From Gemmatimonadota bacterium (GTDB lineage Bacteria; Gemmatimonadota; Gemmatimonadetes; Gemmatimonadales; GWC2-71-9), in the NCBI GenBank assembly GCA_041477065.1, contig JBGOUQ010000017.1, positions 3,669 through 67,668 on the forward strand: a DNA stretch of 64,000 bases, in the 5' to 3' direction. Below are positions 63,718-64,000 of this stretch, one piece after another. The notes beneath the pieces were generated by a model, which saw nothing but the letters and a program-made list of their open reading frames with translations, did no database searches and was not told the DNA's origin. Every line of letters starts with the position of its first letter. Position 1 is the stretch's first letter. Position numbers and translations under genes: made by a program.

Positions 63718-64000
63718 GGGTAACCCCTTGGATTCCCCCCGGCACGGTGGCCGGATCCACCAGCACGGCGAGGGCGCGGGGCTCGAGGTGCACCTCGAGC
63801 GGCGTTCCCCCGACCACTTCCCCGTCCAGCTGGACGGGCTGCGGCGCGCCCTCCAGGACCTCCACTCGCACCGCGCGCCCGCGGGCGAACCACACGCGGC
63901 CGGTGCCGTTCGCCGTGCGGCGCACCAGATCGAAAAACGCCGCGGCGCTCTCCAGGAACCCGTCCCCGCGCATCGCGACCACGTCGAGGATGCCGTCGTC
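63710..64000 (-). CDS. diacylglycerol-kinase/YegS-like lipid kinase, C-terminal part only (5' end outside window)
   Basis: The reading frame is open to the window edge. ..DDGILDVVAMRGDGFLESAAAFFDLV...LDGEVVGGTPLEVHLEPRALAVLV is typical of the DAGK_cat family C-terminus. 8-nt overlap with the downstream activator start. Confidence 0.6.
   Translation of the reverse strand, partial: DDGILDVVAMRGDGFLESAAAFFDLVRRTANGTGRVWFARGRAVRVEVLEGAPQPVQLDGEVVGGTPLEVHLEPRALAVLVDPATVPGGIQGVTHA

Overview
Very GC-rich bacterial chromosomal segment (third codon positions almost uniformly G/C). It is densely coding: about 70 CDS, many joined by 1-, 4- or 8-nt start/stop overlaps. I recognised no rRNA, tRNA, CRISPR array, transposase or integrase. 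The gene content (a PorX-like receiver-PglZ regulator, a secreted M14 peptidase with a T9SS/FlgD-Ig-type C-terminal domain, two sigma-54 activators) suggests a Gemmatimonadota/FCB-like lineage; this is inference only.

Layout:
- 1-4.5 kb (-): YtrA-like GntR/ABC operon followed by three unknown envelope proteins.
- 5-10 kb (+): sigma-54 two-component system, an unusual outer-membrane protein and a DUF4390-like protein.
- 10-17.6 kb (-): HNH and CYCxC proteins, argH, argG, argR, an amidohydrolase and PBP1A.
- 17.6-21.6 kb: tyrS and small metabolic/transport genes.
- 21.7-35 kb: envelope glycan island with a patatin-ferredoxin fusion, four GT4 genes, a GT2 and a GT2-like gene, a GT-C-like membrane protein, an MsbA-like exporter, the PorX-like regulator and a GT9.
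- 35-38.3 kb: a 127-aa helical protein plus a DnaB C-terminal-domain-only ATPase, a secreted HEAT-repeat protein and a lipoprotein.
- 38.3-53.2 kb (+): 20-gene co-directional housekeeping array (yebC, ruvC, ruvA, a small zinc-ribbon ORF, ruvB, queA, tgt, yajC, def, fmt, thiE, thiS, thiG, rsmB, a PASTA protein, rpe, tlpA-like, ybbR-like, tsaD, lgt).
- 53.1-61.5 kb (-): cytochrome c/FTR1 iron permease, then a 7-gene acpS/peptidase operon.
- 61.5-64 kb: response regulator, a 60-aa 4xCxxC protein, a second sigma-54 activator and a partial DAG-kinase-like gene.

Most unusual observations:
- A family of short-repeat palindromic elements. One is a 60-nt near-perfect palindrome inserted exactly in frame (20 codons) in tgt. 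Related heptamer arrays fill the only two real gaps of the 20-gene array and form the C-terminal tail of tsaD.
- A zinc-ribbon micro-ORF translationally coupled between ruvA and ruvB.
- An N-terminal-domain-less DnaB paralog coupled to a heptosyltransferase.
- A PorX-like regulator heading a lipid-exporter/glycosyltransferase operon.
- Tandem GT4 paralogs in the same frame, separated by a single TAG, with no canonical start for the second copy.

All functional calls rest on motif recognition by eye; no database search was possible.
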